From: Carpediemonas membranifera BICM
Lineage: Eukaryota > Protista > Fornicata
NCBI GenBank assembly: GCA_019828565.1
Contig: JAHDYR010000012.1
Span: forward strand, 1,116,001-1,180,000
Direction of reading: 5' to 3'
Length of the DNA stretch: 64,000 nucleotides
Part shown: positions 19,400 through 29,358 of the stretch, piece by piece
Numbering within the stretch: the stretch's first letter is position 1
Layout of the letters: the number at the start of each line of letters is the position of its first letter
The notes under the pieces: generated by a model
Database searches by the model: none
What the model was told of the DNA's origin: nothing
Seen by the model: only the letters and a program-made list of their open reading frames with translations
Program-made: the position numbers and the translations under genes

Positions 19400-19780
19400 T
19401 CAGTCTTTCCAGTACCCAGCATGAGACTGCGACGGGGCGGGGCCACGGGAGCGGTTAGAAGCAGATGGTAGATCGGACTGTTCCGGAATCGCCTGTGCGC
19501 CGATCAATGGAATGGTCCCGCGCTGGTAGCAAGGCTTCTGAGGCAGATGAGCAAAGCCATTCTGTGCTGGGCGCTTTGGATCGCCACGAAGAGACGATAT
19601 TTCGGCCTGTAACGCATCAACCATGACCTTCAAGGAGTGATTGGCACGTTGGAGGGACGATACTTGCTCTGCAAGGCAAGAAATCTCGTGAAAGTGGCAA
19701 GCGATAAGTTCTTCCTGCAGCCGCTCGAACTTTGAAGTATTTGGGGTTGGTATCCAATGCTTTTCACCGTTTGCCGCCAT
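19400..19780 (-). CDS. Small hypothetical coiled-coil (leucine-zipper-like) protein
   Basis: 126-aa ATG-initiated ORF with heptads LAEQVSSLQRANHSLKVMVDALQAEISSL. It fills otherwise empty space. Confidence 0.45.
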   Translation of the reverse strand: MAANGEKHWIPTPNTSKFERLQEELIACHFHEISCLAEQVSSLQRANHSLKVMVDALQAEISSLRGDPKRPAQNGFAHLPQKPCYQRGTIPLIGAQAIPEQSDLPSASNRSRGPAPSQSHAGYWKD

Positions 19781-20120
19781 TTGCTTCAACCAATAGCGAA
19801 AGAGAGTTTTCCGGCGTCCGCGAGTCGGCCGCAGTTTTAGTCGCGGTCCACAAACGATGCGATAGCAGCAGTCTCCGCAAAACCAGATCTCTGCATGAGG
19901 CATCTCTGACCATGCCACATTTCGGCCAGCGTTGGCCACTCCATTCTGTGGCCGGGTGGCCATGAGAGGTATTGGGTCCCCATATGCTGACTCAGCATCA
20001 CAGCCCAACTGCAGAATACCCAGCCTGCGACGCCAACCCACCGAATCTCTGGATCCAATCAGATCGATCAGATTTCCAGCGAAGTCTGTTGCCCAAGTGC
20101 GCTTGCTTTGTAACAGCCAG

Positions 20121-20891
20121 ATGATTCACAACGCTATTAACTTCATCAGTGGTGCTTCTGCCGCCGGTACTATAGAGCTTACTGTCGCCAAAGCCTCCCA
20201 GTACTCCAAACTGCCCACTAAGGACAGGAAAATCGCCACCATGCTCGACCTCTACCGCAGAAGCATGCGCACGATGCCCATCAACATGATTGGCGGCGGC
20301 TCCTTCTTCACTGCGTGGGAAATGGGCCATCCTGCCCTTGGAGTCGTCACTGGAATGAACAGCTTCCTCGCCGATCTCATCGTCGGCGGCTTTTCCAACG
20401 TCGTTTCATCCACTCTCGTCCGCCCCGTCGGCGTACTCGTCACCTCGGGTCCCAAGGCTCTGCGAAAGGCCCCCGCGACCTCGATTTACGCTGGCTTCTT
20501 CGACCAGCTCAAGTGGTCGGTCCCCGCGTCGGGCGTCAACCAGGCCTCCTTCGCCTGCTCGATGAAGACTCTGTACGGCCTTGGCCTGGCTCAGGGTGGC
20601 GGATACCTGCCTTCCATGGCGTGCTCCGGTCTGATCAGCGCCACCGTCACTCACGCCACTGTCGGCACGGCACGCCAGTTCGCCCAGTACGTCGCCCACA
20701 CGCGCGCCGTGAAGGTTCCCGGCGACGCTGTCAAGCTATGGGAGCTCTGGCGGCAGTGGCTGTGCGATGCGGACGAGCGGGCGGAGTGGGTCTCCGACTG
20801 GAAGCGGGAGGCTGCAACTGTTGCCACGGGCGGGTTCACGTATGGCCTCGTCCGCAGCAGCCTGCGTGGGGCGCTTGGCATGCGTCGCTAA
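20121..20891 (+). CDS. Highly divergent mitochondrial carrier (SLC25)-like membrane protein
   Basis: About 256 aa in three ~80-aa units, each with a small-residue helix (FISGASAAG; LIVGGFSNVVSSTLVRP; ACSGLISATV). Units 1 and 2 also have LYRR/IYAG...P...F motifs. The PxDxxK signatures are eroded. Confidence 0.55.
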   Translation: MIHNAINFISGASAAGTIELTVAKASQYSKLPTKDRKIATMLDLYRRSMRTMPINMIGGGSFFTAWEMGHPALGVVTGMNSFLADLIVGGFSNVVSSTLVRPVGVLVTSGPKALRKAPATSIYAGFFDQLKWSVPASGVNQASFACSMKTLYGLGLAQGGGYLPSMACSGLISATVTHATVGTARQFAQYVAHTRAVKVPGDAVKLWELWRQWLCDADERAEWVSDWKREAATVATGGFTYGLVRSSLRGALGMRR

Positions 20892-23800
20892 GCAGCTTGC
20901 GCCTTCGCCGACAACAGAAAGTAAATGCGTAATTTATCAGTGTTACTCCGCGATGCTTTCCGCGCAGAGCACTGCGGTCCGCAGCAGGTCGGACAGCTGG
21001 CTCACGACAGCGGGCACGGTCGGGGCGACGAGGGCGGGCGCTGGGGCCCTGGTGCGGTCGCCCGCCGCGGCCTTGAAGATGTTGACGTTGACCGACTGGG
21101 GCTCGGTTCCGGCGGGCATCGCCATCTGGGACAACGCGATGCAGTGGTCGTTCTGGCCCGACACAAAGAAGCGGCGGTGGCGTAGCGTGGAGTGGCCGTC
21201 GAACGGCACGACCTCCTGCTCGCCGACAGCCGCGCGGGCGAGCAGCTCGTTGGCGGACTCGTCGGGCTCGGCCATCGTGGCAGCGTCGATGTCGGGCAGA
21301 GGCAGCGCGATCACGGGCGTCGCCTCCTCGGTCTGGGAGGTGGAGCGCGCGGTCGTCTGGAAGACGCACCCGAGCGGGATCGTGCTCGCTGCAGCAACGA
21401 TACCGTCGAGCGCAGAGTCGCCACCCTCGGTCGGGCGGATGACGCGGGGGCGCGCCCTGATGACGAAGGAGATGTCGACGCCGGGGTGGGGCGTGGCGAC
21501 GAGAATCTGGGCGGACGCGCCAGTGAGGCTGAGCTCGACGGGGCAGTCGGTCGGCGCCAGGCTCGACAGGTCGGCAGGTGAGAGCTCGGGCCCGGGGACG
21601 CCCGTGACGTGGCGCGTCATCGTGACCTGGCGCCACACGGCGCGGTCGGCGACAGCGAGGGGCTTGCGGTTGAGGACGAGCGTGTCGGGCAGCTCCGCGA
21701 CGTCGCCCTCGGGGAGGTTAGCGGTCAGCAGCTTGGAGCGCGCGAGAGTGGCGTCCGCCGCGACGAGGCTGACATGGAACGAGCCCTGGTGGCCCTCAGT
21801 GACGTCGCCGGGGAGGGGCATGGCCGCGACGAGGCGGTCGGCGGCATCGGCCGAGACGCCAGCCCAGAAGCGGGCGTCGTAGCGGCGGTCGTGGATGTTG
21901 TCCGCGATGAGGTTGACCTTCGTCTGCTTGGTCGTCGGCTGGGCCATGATGTTGATGACGTTGCGGCCGACGTAAGCCGAGATCTCGAGGTCGGGCAGAC
22001 TTCCGAGCCCGTCGACGGCCGGGTTGGAGCTGTCCGCGGCGTGGCCGAGCATGCCGGACAGGGCACGCGCGACAGCGCCCTCCCAGTAGGCGCGGGCACC
22101 AGCGAGCGCGGCGTCGAACCAGCAGGCGCCGAGCGAGATGGTCTTCTCGCCGGGGGCGAGGACTCGGGCGGTGCTGGTGCGGTCAGCGAAGAAGAACTCC
22201 TCGACGGGGTCGGAGAAGTCCTCATCGCCAGACATCTCCGAGTCGGAGAAGCCGAAGAGCGCGTCACCGATCGGCTTGTCCGCGACGTCAAGGGTGAACT
22301 GCACAAGCTGCGGGCGCGTGCTGCGGGGCGACTGGGCGCCGGTGGGCGTGTGGGCGACAGAGTGGCCGTACGGCGTGACGCCGTAGACGTTGTCCATCGA
22401 GGCTGTCGGCGTGACAGGCGTGCCGTCAGTCTCCTGCTTGGCGAGGCTCTCGAGGCGCGACGACAGGCCTGCGAAGAGCGTGGCCGGCGACTGGGGAGGG
22501 GTCTGGCGCGGCGTCTCGATGCCCAGGGCGGGGGTCTCGGCCGAGGGGACGAGCACGTTGTCGTCGACGTGGGGCACGAGCGTGTACGACGCGGCACGCG
22601 GGCGTGCGGCCCGTGGAGCGGCGCGGGGGCAGCACCGAGAGGAACATGGCGCAGCGGTGAGACTGGAGCAGCGCCATGCGCGAGATGAAGAGCTTGCGCG
22701 TCAGCACGACCGTGTCGACGGGACCCGCGATGACGGCGTACTTGTCGCCGCTGTCGTTCGACGGTAGGAAGAGAGCGACGTCTCCTCCCGCGAGCTTGAC
22801 GATGCGCTTGAGGTTCTCGCCGTTGCGGCCGATGATGCGGCCGATGAGGCTCTGGACGATGGGCAGGCGGGCGTACGAGAAGTCGCACAGCAGTTCAGCG
22901 ACCTCTTGCTCGGCTTCCTCGATGTTTCCAGGCTGGCCGACGAGGACGAGAGCGCCCTGGGCCTCGGAGGACTGCGACGTGACCTCGACGCGCAGCGTCA
23001 CGCCCGTCTGCTCGCGGATGCGGCGTAGCGTGGCGGCGCGAGGTCCGACGAGATAACGGTCGGCGTAGAGCGGCAGCGTGACCGTCTTTTTGCCGCGCGT
23101 GCCGTCGATCTTGACGTTGCTCTGCAGTCTCTCAACGATGAGGCCGAGGGCCTCGCGGACACCATGGGCCGGGCCCTTGACGATCGCCCACCCGTTGTCG
23201 AAGCGGATCGTCGTGCCGGTCTTGTCACGGATGCCCTGGACGGTCGACCCGTTCTGGCCGATGAGCACGCGCTCTGAGCCGTTCGGGATGTGGACGACGC
23301 GGACGAGGGGCGCTGCATCCGGCGGGTCGGGCCCGTGGTTCTTGGTGCGCGGTGTGGCGCTTCACGTTGACGGTCGTCGGCCACGGCTGGCTCTCGTCCG
23401 TGGCGGCCGTGATGGTGGCGTGCAGGCTGTCCTTGACGAGGTAGAGGCGCTCCGTGGGGCAGTGCAGGCGCAGCACGTGGCGGTAGACGGACACGGTCGC
23501 GGGCTCAGTGCCGTCGTCGGTGCGGCAGGTCTTGGCAATTCCCTCAATACCCTCGAGCGAACGAAGCCACTCCTCGGCCTTCTTCGTCAGCAGGAACTCG
23601 ACAGTGACGTGCGAGTCCGTCTGGTCGGCCATGCGGCGGTGTGTCTCCATGGAGGCCATGGATGCGCACCGGGACATTGACCCAGTGGGGGCTTGCTCGG
23701 TTTGCTTCCACTCAGCGAGCTTCTCCTCGATGAGCTTCTTAGCGAGCTGCGTCTGCTCTTCTGTACCCCGGATGATCGTGATGCCGCCCTCTTGGAACGA

Positions 23801-24201
23801 GACAACGGCCTTCGAGCGCGCACGGATGGATGAGACGGTGGAGCCCTTCCGGCCGATCAGGAAGGAGACAGCGGTCGGATCAATGTTCATTCTAAGCGTT
23901 TTGAGGAGAGTGTCGGTGCGGCCACGGCTTCGCCAGTTCGGAGATGCGCTCATGGCTTGCTGAGAGTGTTGTGCCGACTGCTCCCAGAGTCGCCTCGCCC
24001 CGCGATCGCGCAGGGAGCTGCATGCATCTGACTGGCAACTGTGGCGACGTCTCGGCCGGCGAGGCGGCGGTGGCTGGGGAAAGCAGAGCCGCGGCACCAA
24101 CGAGATTTTGTCTCGGGAAATCGGTCCAAAACAACCAGGCCGTAAGCACAGCCGCTGGCGTAAGTCAGATCCTCTCCGGGCATCCCGATTTGACGCGAAT
24201 C
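20845..24201 (-). repeat. Left arm of ~3.36-kb inverted duplication (pairs with 25638-28992)
   Basis: Reverse-complement identity seen in the sequence and in the mirrored ORF track. Boundaries read by eye. Confidence 0.95.
20943..23953 (-). pseudogene. KH-domain RNA-binding protein, copy 1, with two +1 frameshifts (pseudogene or assembly errors)
   Basis: Same sequence as 25886-28894 but with extra bases at about 23341 and 22600-22602, which split it into three ORFs. Confidence 0.75.
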
Positions 24202-24244
24202 CCCGTAACAACGTAAAACTCTTCATGCGCATTTACCACGGCGA

Positions 24245-25375
24245 TCAGATGCAGTACGCCTTGATCGGGTCAAATCCATTGAAGTTGACACTGGCATACG
24301 AAGTAGTGTATGCCCCGGTGGAGTGGAATTGAACCAGGTCGCCCGCCTTGAGGCCGACAGGCAGGCTGTACTCCTTCTTCTCGTAGATCACGTCGACGCT
24401 ATCGCACGTCGGGCCCGCGAGAATAACAGGCTCGGTCTCCTCGCCGTCGCGGGAGGTGGTGACGCGGTAGGTGATGGCCTCGTCCAGGGTCTCGGCGAGA
24501 CCGTTGAACTTGCCGGCGTCGAGGTACACCCAGCGCTTGCAGTCATCGTTGGACTTGCGGGAGACGAGGATGACCTCGGCCTGGAGGACGCCCGAGTCGC
24601 CGACCATGGAGCGGCCGGGCTCGATCATGAGCTTGGGGTGTCGGGAGCCGAAGTGGCTGATGATGGCACGCATGACGGCATCAGCGTAAGAGGGAAGCTC
24701 CTCGACGTGCTCAATGTAGTGCGCGGGGAAGCCGCCGCCGAGATTGATGGCGGTCAACTCGATGCCGCGCTCCTGGAGGGTCATGAAGAGCGAGGCGACG
24801 CGGGTCATGGCGACGTCCCACTGGCTGAGGTCGGTCTGCTGGGAGCCGACGTGGAAGGAGACGCCGTAGGGGACGAGGCCGAGCTCGCGGGCCTGGCAGA
24901 GGAGGTCCTCAGCCATCTCGATCTCGCAGCCGAACTTACGGGACAGAGGCCACTGGGCGCCCTCGTTCTCGACAAGGATGCGGCAGTAGACCTTGGAGCC
25001 GGGTGCGGCGCGGGAGAGCTTGAGAAGTTCCTCCTCGGAATCGAACGCGAAGAGGCGGATGCCCTTGGAGTAGGCATAGGCAATATCGCGCTCCTTCTTG
25101 ATGGTGTTGCCGAAAGAGATGTGGTCCGGCGCGGCGCCATGTGCCAGCGTCAGGTCCAGCTCGGGGACCGAGGCAACGTCGAAGGACGAACCCTCGGCTG
25201 CAAGAAGGTCGACCACCTCGGGGGCGGGGTTGGCCTTGACAGCGTAGAACACCTGGGCTAAGGGCAGGTGCGCGGTCATGTTGCGGTAGTTGGTCTTGAC
25301 CACGTCGAGGTCAATGACGACACACGGAGTAGCGGGCTGCTGCTCCTTCAAAAACTGCTGGATACGCTTGGTCAT
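24245..25375 (-). CDS. ODC: Ornithine (lysine/ornithine) decarboxylase, fold-type III PLP enzyme, bacterial type
   Basis: FYAVKAN (PLP Lys), SFHVGSQ, NLGGG, EPGR, GPTCDS, GAYT, FNGF. It is 376 aa, with SFGNTIKK and WPLSRKFGC as in bacterial enzymes. Confidence 0.93.
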   Translation of the reverse strand: MTKRIQQFLKEQQPATPCVVIDLDVVKTNYRNMTAHLPLAQVFYAVKANPAPEVVDLLAAEGSSFDVASVPELDLTLAHGAAPDHISFGNTIKKERDIAYAYSKGIRLFAFDSEEELLKLSRAAPGSKVYCRILVENEGAQWPLSRKFGCEIEMAEDLLCQARELGLVPYGVSFHVGSQQTDLSQWDVAMTRVASLFMTLQERGIELTAINLGGGFPAHYIEHVEELPSYADAVMRAIISHFGSRHPKLMIEPGRSMVGDSGVLQAEVILVSRKSNDDCKRWVYLDAGKFNGLAETLDEAITYRVTTSRDGEETEPVILAGPTCDSVDVIYEKKEYSLPVGLKAGDLVQFHSTGAYTTSYASVNFNGFDPIKAYCI

Positions 25376-25637
25376 TCTGTGTAATCATGAAACTGTGCAC
25401 TGTATCAAGGATTCAATTGACGAACAAAGCCAGTCAGTTCTCCCAATGGCTGATACAGAAACATCGTTGTGAAAGATGCTCAATATTGTAGCAATATGGC
25501 ATTAGAAGAGATCGCTGTGCACAGATTACTTACCGGTGGCTGCTGGAATATCTTCTGGTGGTGGAGAGGGGCTGTTGGAGAAGAAAGGAGTGCTCGCGAC
25601 GAGACGACTCCGCCGACTGTAAGAAATAAAATGACAT

Positions 25638-28600
25638 GATTCGCGTCAAATCGGGATGCCCGGAGAGGATCTGACTTACGCCAGCGGCTGTGCTTACGGC
25701 CTGGTTGTTTTGGACCGATTTCCCGAGACAAAATCTCGTTGGTGCCGCGGCTCTGCTTTCCCCAGCCACCGCCGCCTCGCCGGCCGAGACGTCGCCACAG
25801 TTGCCAGTCAGATGCATGCAGCTCCCTGCGCGATCGCGGGGCGAGGCGACTCTGGGAGCAGTCGGCACAACACTCTCAGCAAGCCATGAGCGCATCTCCG
25901 AACTGGCGAAGCCGTGGCCGCACCGACACTCTCCTCAAAACGCTTAGAATGAACATTGATCCGACCGCTGTCTCCTTCCTGATCGGCCGGAAGGGCTCCA
26001 CCGTCTCATCCATCCGTGCGCGCTCGAAGGCCGTTGTCTCGTTCCAAGAGGGCGGCATCACGATCATCCGGGGTACAGAAGAGCAGACGCAGCTCGCTAA
26101 GAAGCTCATCGAGGAGAAGCTCGCTGAGTGGAAGCAAACCGAGCAAGCCCCCACTGGGTCAATGTCCCGGTGCGCATCCATGGCCTCCATGGAGACACAC
26201 CGCCGCATGGCCGACCAGACGGACTCGCACGTCACTGTCGAGTTCCTGCTGACGAAGAAGGCCGAGGAGTGGCTTCGTTCGCTCGAGGGTATTGAGGGAA
26301 TTGCCAAGACCTGCCGCACCGACGACGGCACTGAGCCCGCGACCGTGTCCGTCTACCGCCACGTGCTGCGCCTGCACTGCCCCACGGAGCGCCTCTACCT
26401 CGTCAAGGACAGCCTGCACGCCACCATCACGGCCGCCACGGACGAGAGCCAGCCGTGGCCGACGACCGTCAACGTGAAGCGCCACACCGCGCACCAAAAC
26501 CACGGGCCCGACCCGCCGGATGCAGCGCCCCTCGTCCGCGTCGTCCACATCCCGAACGGCTCAGAGCGCGTGCTCATCGGCCAGAACGGGTCGACCGTCC
26601 AGGGCATCCGTGACAAGACCGGCACGACGATCCGCTTCGACAACGGGTGGGCGATCGTCAAGGGCCCGGCCCATGGTGTCCGCGAGGCCCTCGGCCTCAT
26701 CGTTGAGAGACTGCAGAGCAACGTCAAGATCGACGGCACGCGCGGCAAAAAGACGGTCACGCTGCCGCTCTACGCCGACCGTTATCTCGTCGGACCTCGC
26801 GCCGCCACGCTACGCCGCATCCGCGAGCAGACGGGCGTGACGCTGCGCGTCGAGGTCACGTCGCAGTCCTCCGAGGCCCAGGGCGCTCTCGTCCTCGTCG
26901 GCCAGCCTGGAAACATCGAGGAGGCCGAGCAAGAGGTCGCTGAACTGCTGTGCGACTTCTCGTACGCCCGCCTGCCCATCGTCCAGAGCCTCATCGGCCG
27001 CATCATCGGCCGCAACGGCGAGAACCTCAAGCGCATCGTCAAGCTCGCGGGAGGAGACGTCGCTCTCTTCCTACCGTCGAACGACAGCGGCGACAAGTAC
27101 GCCGTCATCGCGGGTCCCGTCGACACGGTCGTGCTGACGCGCAAGCTCTTCATCTCGCGCATGGCGCTGCTCCAGTCTCACCGCTGCGCCATGTTCCTCT
27201 CGGTGCTGCCCCCGCGCCGCTCCACGGGCCGCACGCCGCGTGCCGCGTCGTACACGCTCGTGCCCCACGTCGACGACAACGTGCTCGTCCCCTCGGCCGA
27301 GACCCCCGCCCTGGGCATCGAGACGCCGCGCCAGACCCCTCCCCCAGTCGCCGGCCACGCTCTTCGCAGGCCTGTCGTCGCGCCTCGAGAGCCTCGCCAA
27401 GCAGGAGACTGCGGCACGCCTGTCACGCCGACAGCCTCGATGGACAACGTCTACGGCGTCACGCCGTACGGCCACTCTGTCGCCCACACGCCCACCGGCG
27501 CCCAGTCGCCCCGCAGCACGCGCCCGCAGCTTGTGCAGTTCACCCTTGACGTCGCGGACAAGCCGATCGGTGACGCGCTCTTCGGCTTCTCCGACTCGGA
27601 GATGTCTGGCGATGAGGACTTCTCCGACCCCGTCGAGGAGTTCTTCTTCGCTGACCGCACCAGCACCGCCCGAGTCCTCGCCCCCGGCGAGAAGACCATC
27701 TCGCTCGGCGCCTGCTGGTTCGACGCCGCGCTCGCTGGTGCCCGCGCCTACTGGGAGGGCGCTGTCGCGCGTGCCCTGTCCGGCATGCTCGGCCACGCCG
27801 CGGACAGCTCCAACCCGGCCGTCGACGGGCTCGGAAGTCTGCCCGACCTCGAGATCTCGGCTTACGTCGGCCGCAACGTCATCAACATCATGGCCCAGCC
27901 GACGACCAAGCAGACGAAGGTCAACCTCATCGCGGACAACATCCACGACCGCCGCTACGACGCCCGCTTCTGGGCTGGCGTCTCGGCCGATGCCGCCGAC
28001 CGCCTCGTCGCGGCCATGCCCCTCCCCGGCGACGTCACTGAGGGCCACCAGGGCTCGTTCCATGTCAGCCTCGTCGCGGCGGACGCCACTCTCGCGCGCT
28101 CCAAGCTGCTGACCGCTAACCTCCCCGAGGGCGACGTCGCGGAGCTGCCCGACACGCTCGTCCTCAACCGCAAGCCCCTCGCTGTCGCCGACCGCGCCGT
28201 GTGGCGCCAGGTCACGATGACGCGCCACGTCACGGGCGTCCCCGGGCCCGAGCTCTCACCTGCCGACCTGTCGAGCCTGGCGCCGACCGACTGCCCCGTC
28301 GAGCTCAGCCTCACTGGCGCGTCCGCCCAGATTCTCGTCGCCACGCCCCACCCCGGCGTCGACATCTCCTTCGTCATCAGGGCGCGCCCCCGCGTCATCC
28401 GCCCGACCGAGGGTGGCGACTCTGCGCTCGACGGTATCGTTGCTGCAGCGAGCACGATCCCGCTCGGGTGCGTCTTCCAGACGACCGCGCGCTCCACCTC
28501 CCAGACCGAGGAGGCGACGCCCGTGATCGCGCTGCCTCTGCCCGACATCGACGCTGTCACGATGGCCGAGCCCGACGAGTCCGCCAACGAGCTGCTCGCC

Positions 28601-28992
28601 CGCGCGGCTGTCGGCGAGCAGGAGGTCGTGCCGTTCGACGGCCACTCCACGCTACGCCACCGCCGCTTCTTTGTGTCGGGCCAGAACGACCACTGCATCG
28701 CGTTGTCCCAGATGGCGATGCCCGCCGGAACCGAGCCCCAGTCGGTCAACGTCAACATCTTCAAGGCCGCGGCGGGCGACCGCACCAGGGCCCCAGCGCC
28801 CGCCCTCGTCGCCCCGACCGTGCCCGCTGTCGTGAGCCAGCTGTCCGACCTGCTGCGGACCGCAGTGCTCTGCGCGGAAAGCATCGCGGAGTAACACTGA
28901 TAAATTACGCATTTACTTTCTGTTGTCGGCGAAGGCGCAAGCTGCTTAGCGACGCATGCCAAGCGCCCCACGCAGGCTGCTGCGGGCGAGGC
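25638..28992 (+). repeat. Right arm of ~3.36-kb inverted duplication (pairs with 20845-24201)
   Basis: As for the left arm. It also carries the last ~45 nt of the carrier-like gene, at 28946-28992 on the minus strand. Confidence 0.95.
25886..28894 (+). CDS. Multi-KH-domain RNA-binding protein, copy 2 (~1000 aa)
   Basis: Four GxxG-type KH loops (LIGRKGST, LIGQNGST, LVGPRAAT, IIGRNGEN) and an unassigned C-terminal half. Relative to copy 1 it has a compensated +1/-1 indel pair at about 27345/27411. Confidence 0.85.
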   Translation: MSASPNWRSRGRTDTLLKTLRMNIDPTAVSFLIGRKGSTVSSIRARSKAVVSFQEGGITIIRGTEEQTQLAKKLIEEKLAEWKQTEQAPTGSMSRCASMASMETHRRMADQTDSHVTVEFLLTKKAEEWLRSLEGIEGIAKTCRTDDGTEPATVSVYRHVLRLHCPTERLYLVKDSLHATITAATDESQPWPTTVNVKRHTAHQNHGPDPPDAAPLVRVVHIPNGSERVLIGQNGSTVQGIRDKTGTTIRFDNGWAIVKGPAHGVREALGLIVERLQSNVKIDGTRGKKTVTLPLYADRYLVGPRAATLRRIREQTGVTLRVEVTSQSSEAQGALVLVGQPGNIEEAEQEVAELLCDFSYARLPIVQSLIGRIIGRNGENLKRIVKLAGGDVALFLPSNDSGDKYAVIAGPVDTVVLTRKLFISRMALLQSHRCAMFLSVLPPRRSTGRTPRAASYTLVPHVDDNVLVPSAETPALGIETPRQTPPPVAGHALRRPVVAPREPRQAGDCGTPVTPTASMDNVYGVTPYGHSVAHTPTGAQSPRSTRPQLVQFTLDVADKPIGDALFGFSDSEMSGDEDFSDPVEEFFFADRTSTARVLAPGEKTISLGACWFDAALAGARAYWEGAVARALSGMLGHAADSSNPAVDGLGSLPDLEISAYVGRNVINIMAQPTTKQTKVNLIADNIHDRRYDARFWAGVSADAADRLVAAMPLPGDVTEGHQGSFHVSLVAADATLARSKLLTANLPEGDVAELPDTLVLNRKPLAVADRAVWRQVTMTRHVTGVPGPELSPADLSSLAPTDCPVELSLTGASAQILVATPHPGVDISFVIRARPRVIRPTEGGDSALDGIVAAASTIPLGCVFQTTARSTSQTEEATPVIALPLPDIDAVTMAEPDESANELLARAAVGEQEVVPFDGHSTLRHRRFFVSGQNDHCIALSQMAMPAGTEPQSVNVNIFKAAAGDRTRAPAPALVAPTVPAVVSQLSDLLRTAVLCAESIAE

Positions 28993-29358
28993 ACAGGTCG
29001 ACGTCTGCTGGACATGTAATGGGATAGGGACATAGGAGTGAGCATGCAGTCACCAGCTCAGGCCGATACCCTGATCCTCGCTTTATTCCATCACCCTTTG
29101 ACGATACCCTGAGGCCACGACAGCGACGATTCATAGTCAGTGTCTAGAGGGCGTTTGGACTCGGTCTTGGGCGTAGTTGAATTAATTAGAGCGCCACGTG
29201 GACCCGACGCATTTCATTCCGTCGAGTGGGGTCAAATCGATTCCAAATCGGACGAAGTTTTGTTCAGAGTCGCTTTCGAGTCATAAGCTTCTTCCGCTCC
29301 GAAACGACGCCTGCATTAAGTCAATTGACATTCACACCAGAGAAATAGTGATAACAAT

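Noticed and set aside
15107-28992. Idea that the tyrosine-recombinase-like protein inverts the nearby ODC cassette
   Set aside because: Its catalytic Arg, His and Tyr appear lost. The repeats are 3.4-kb gene-containing arms rather than short recombination sites, so proximity is probably coincidental.
20845-28992. Composite transposon / TIR element interpretation of the inverted repeat
   Set aside because: The arms encode a host KH protein and a piece of the neighbouring gene. There is no transposase and no target-site duplication.
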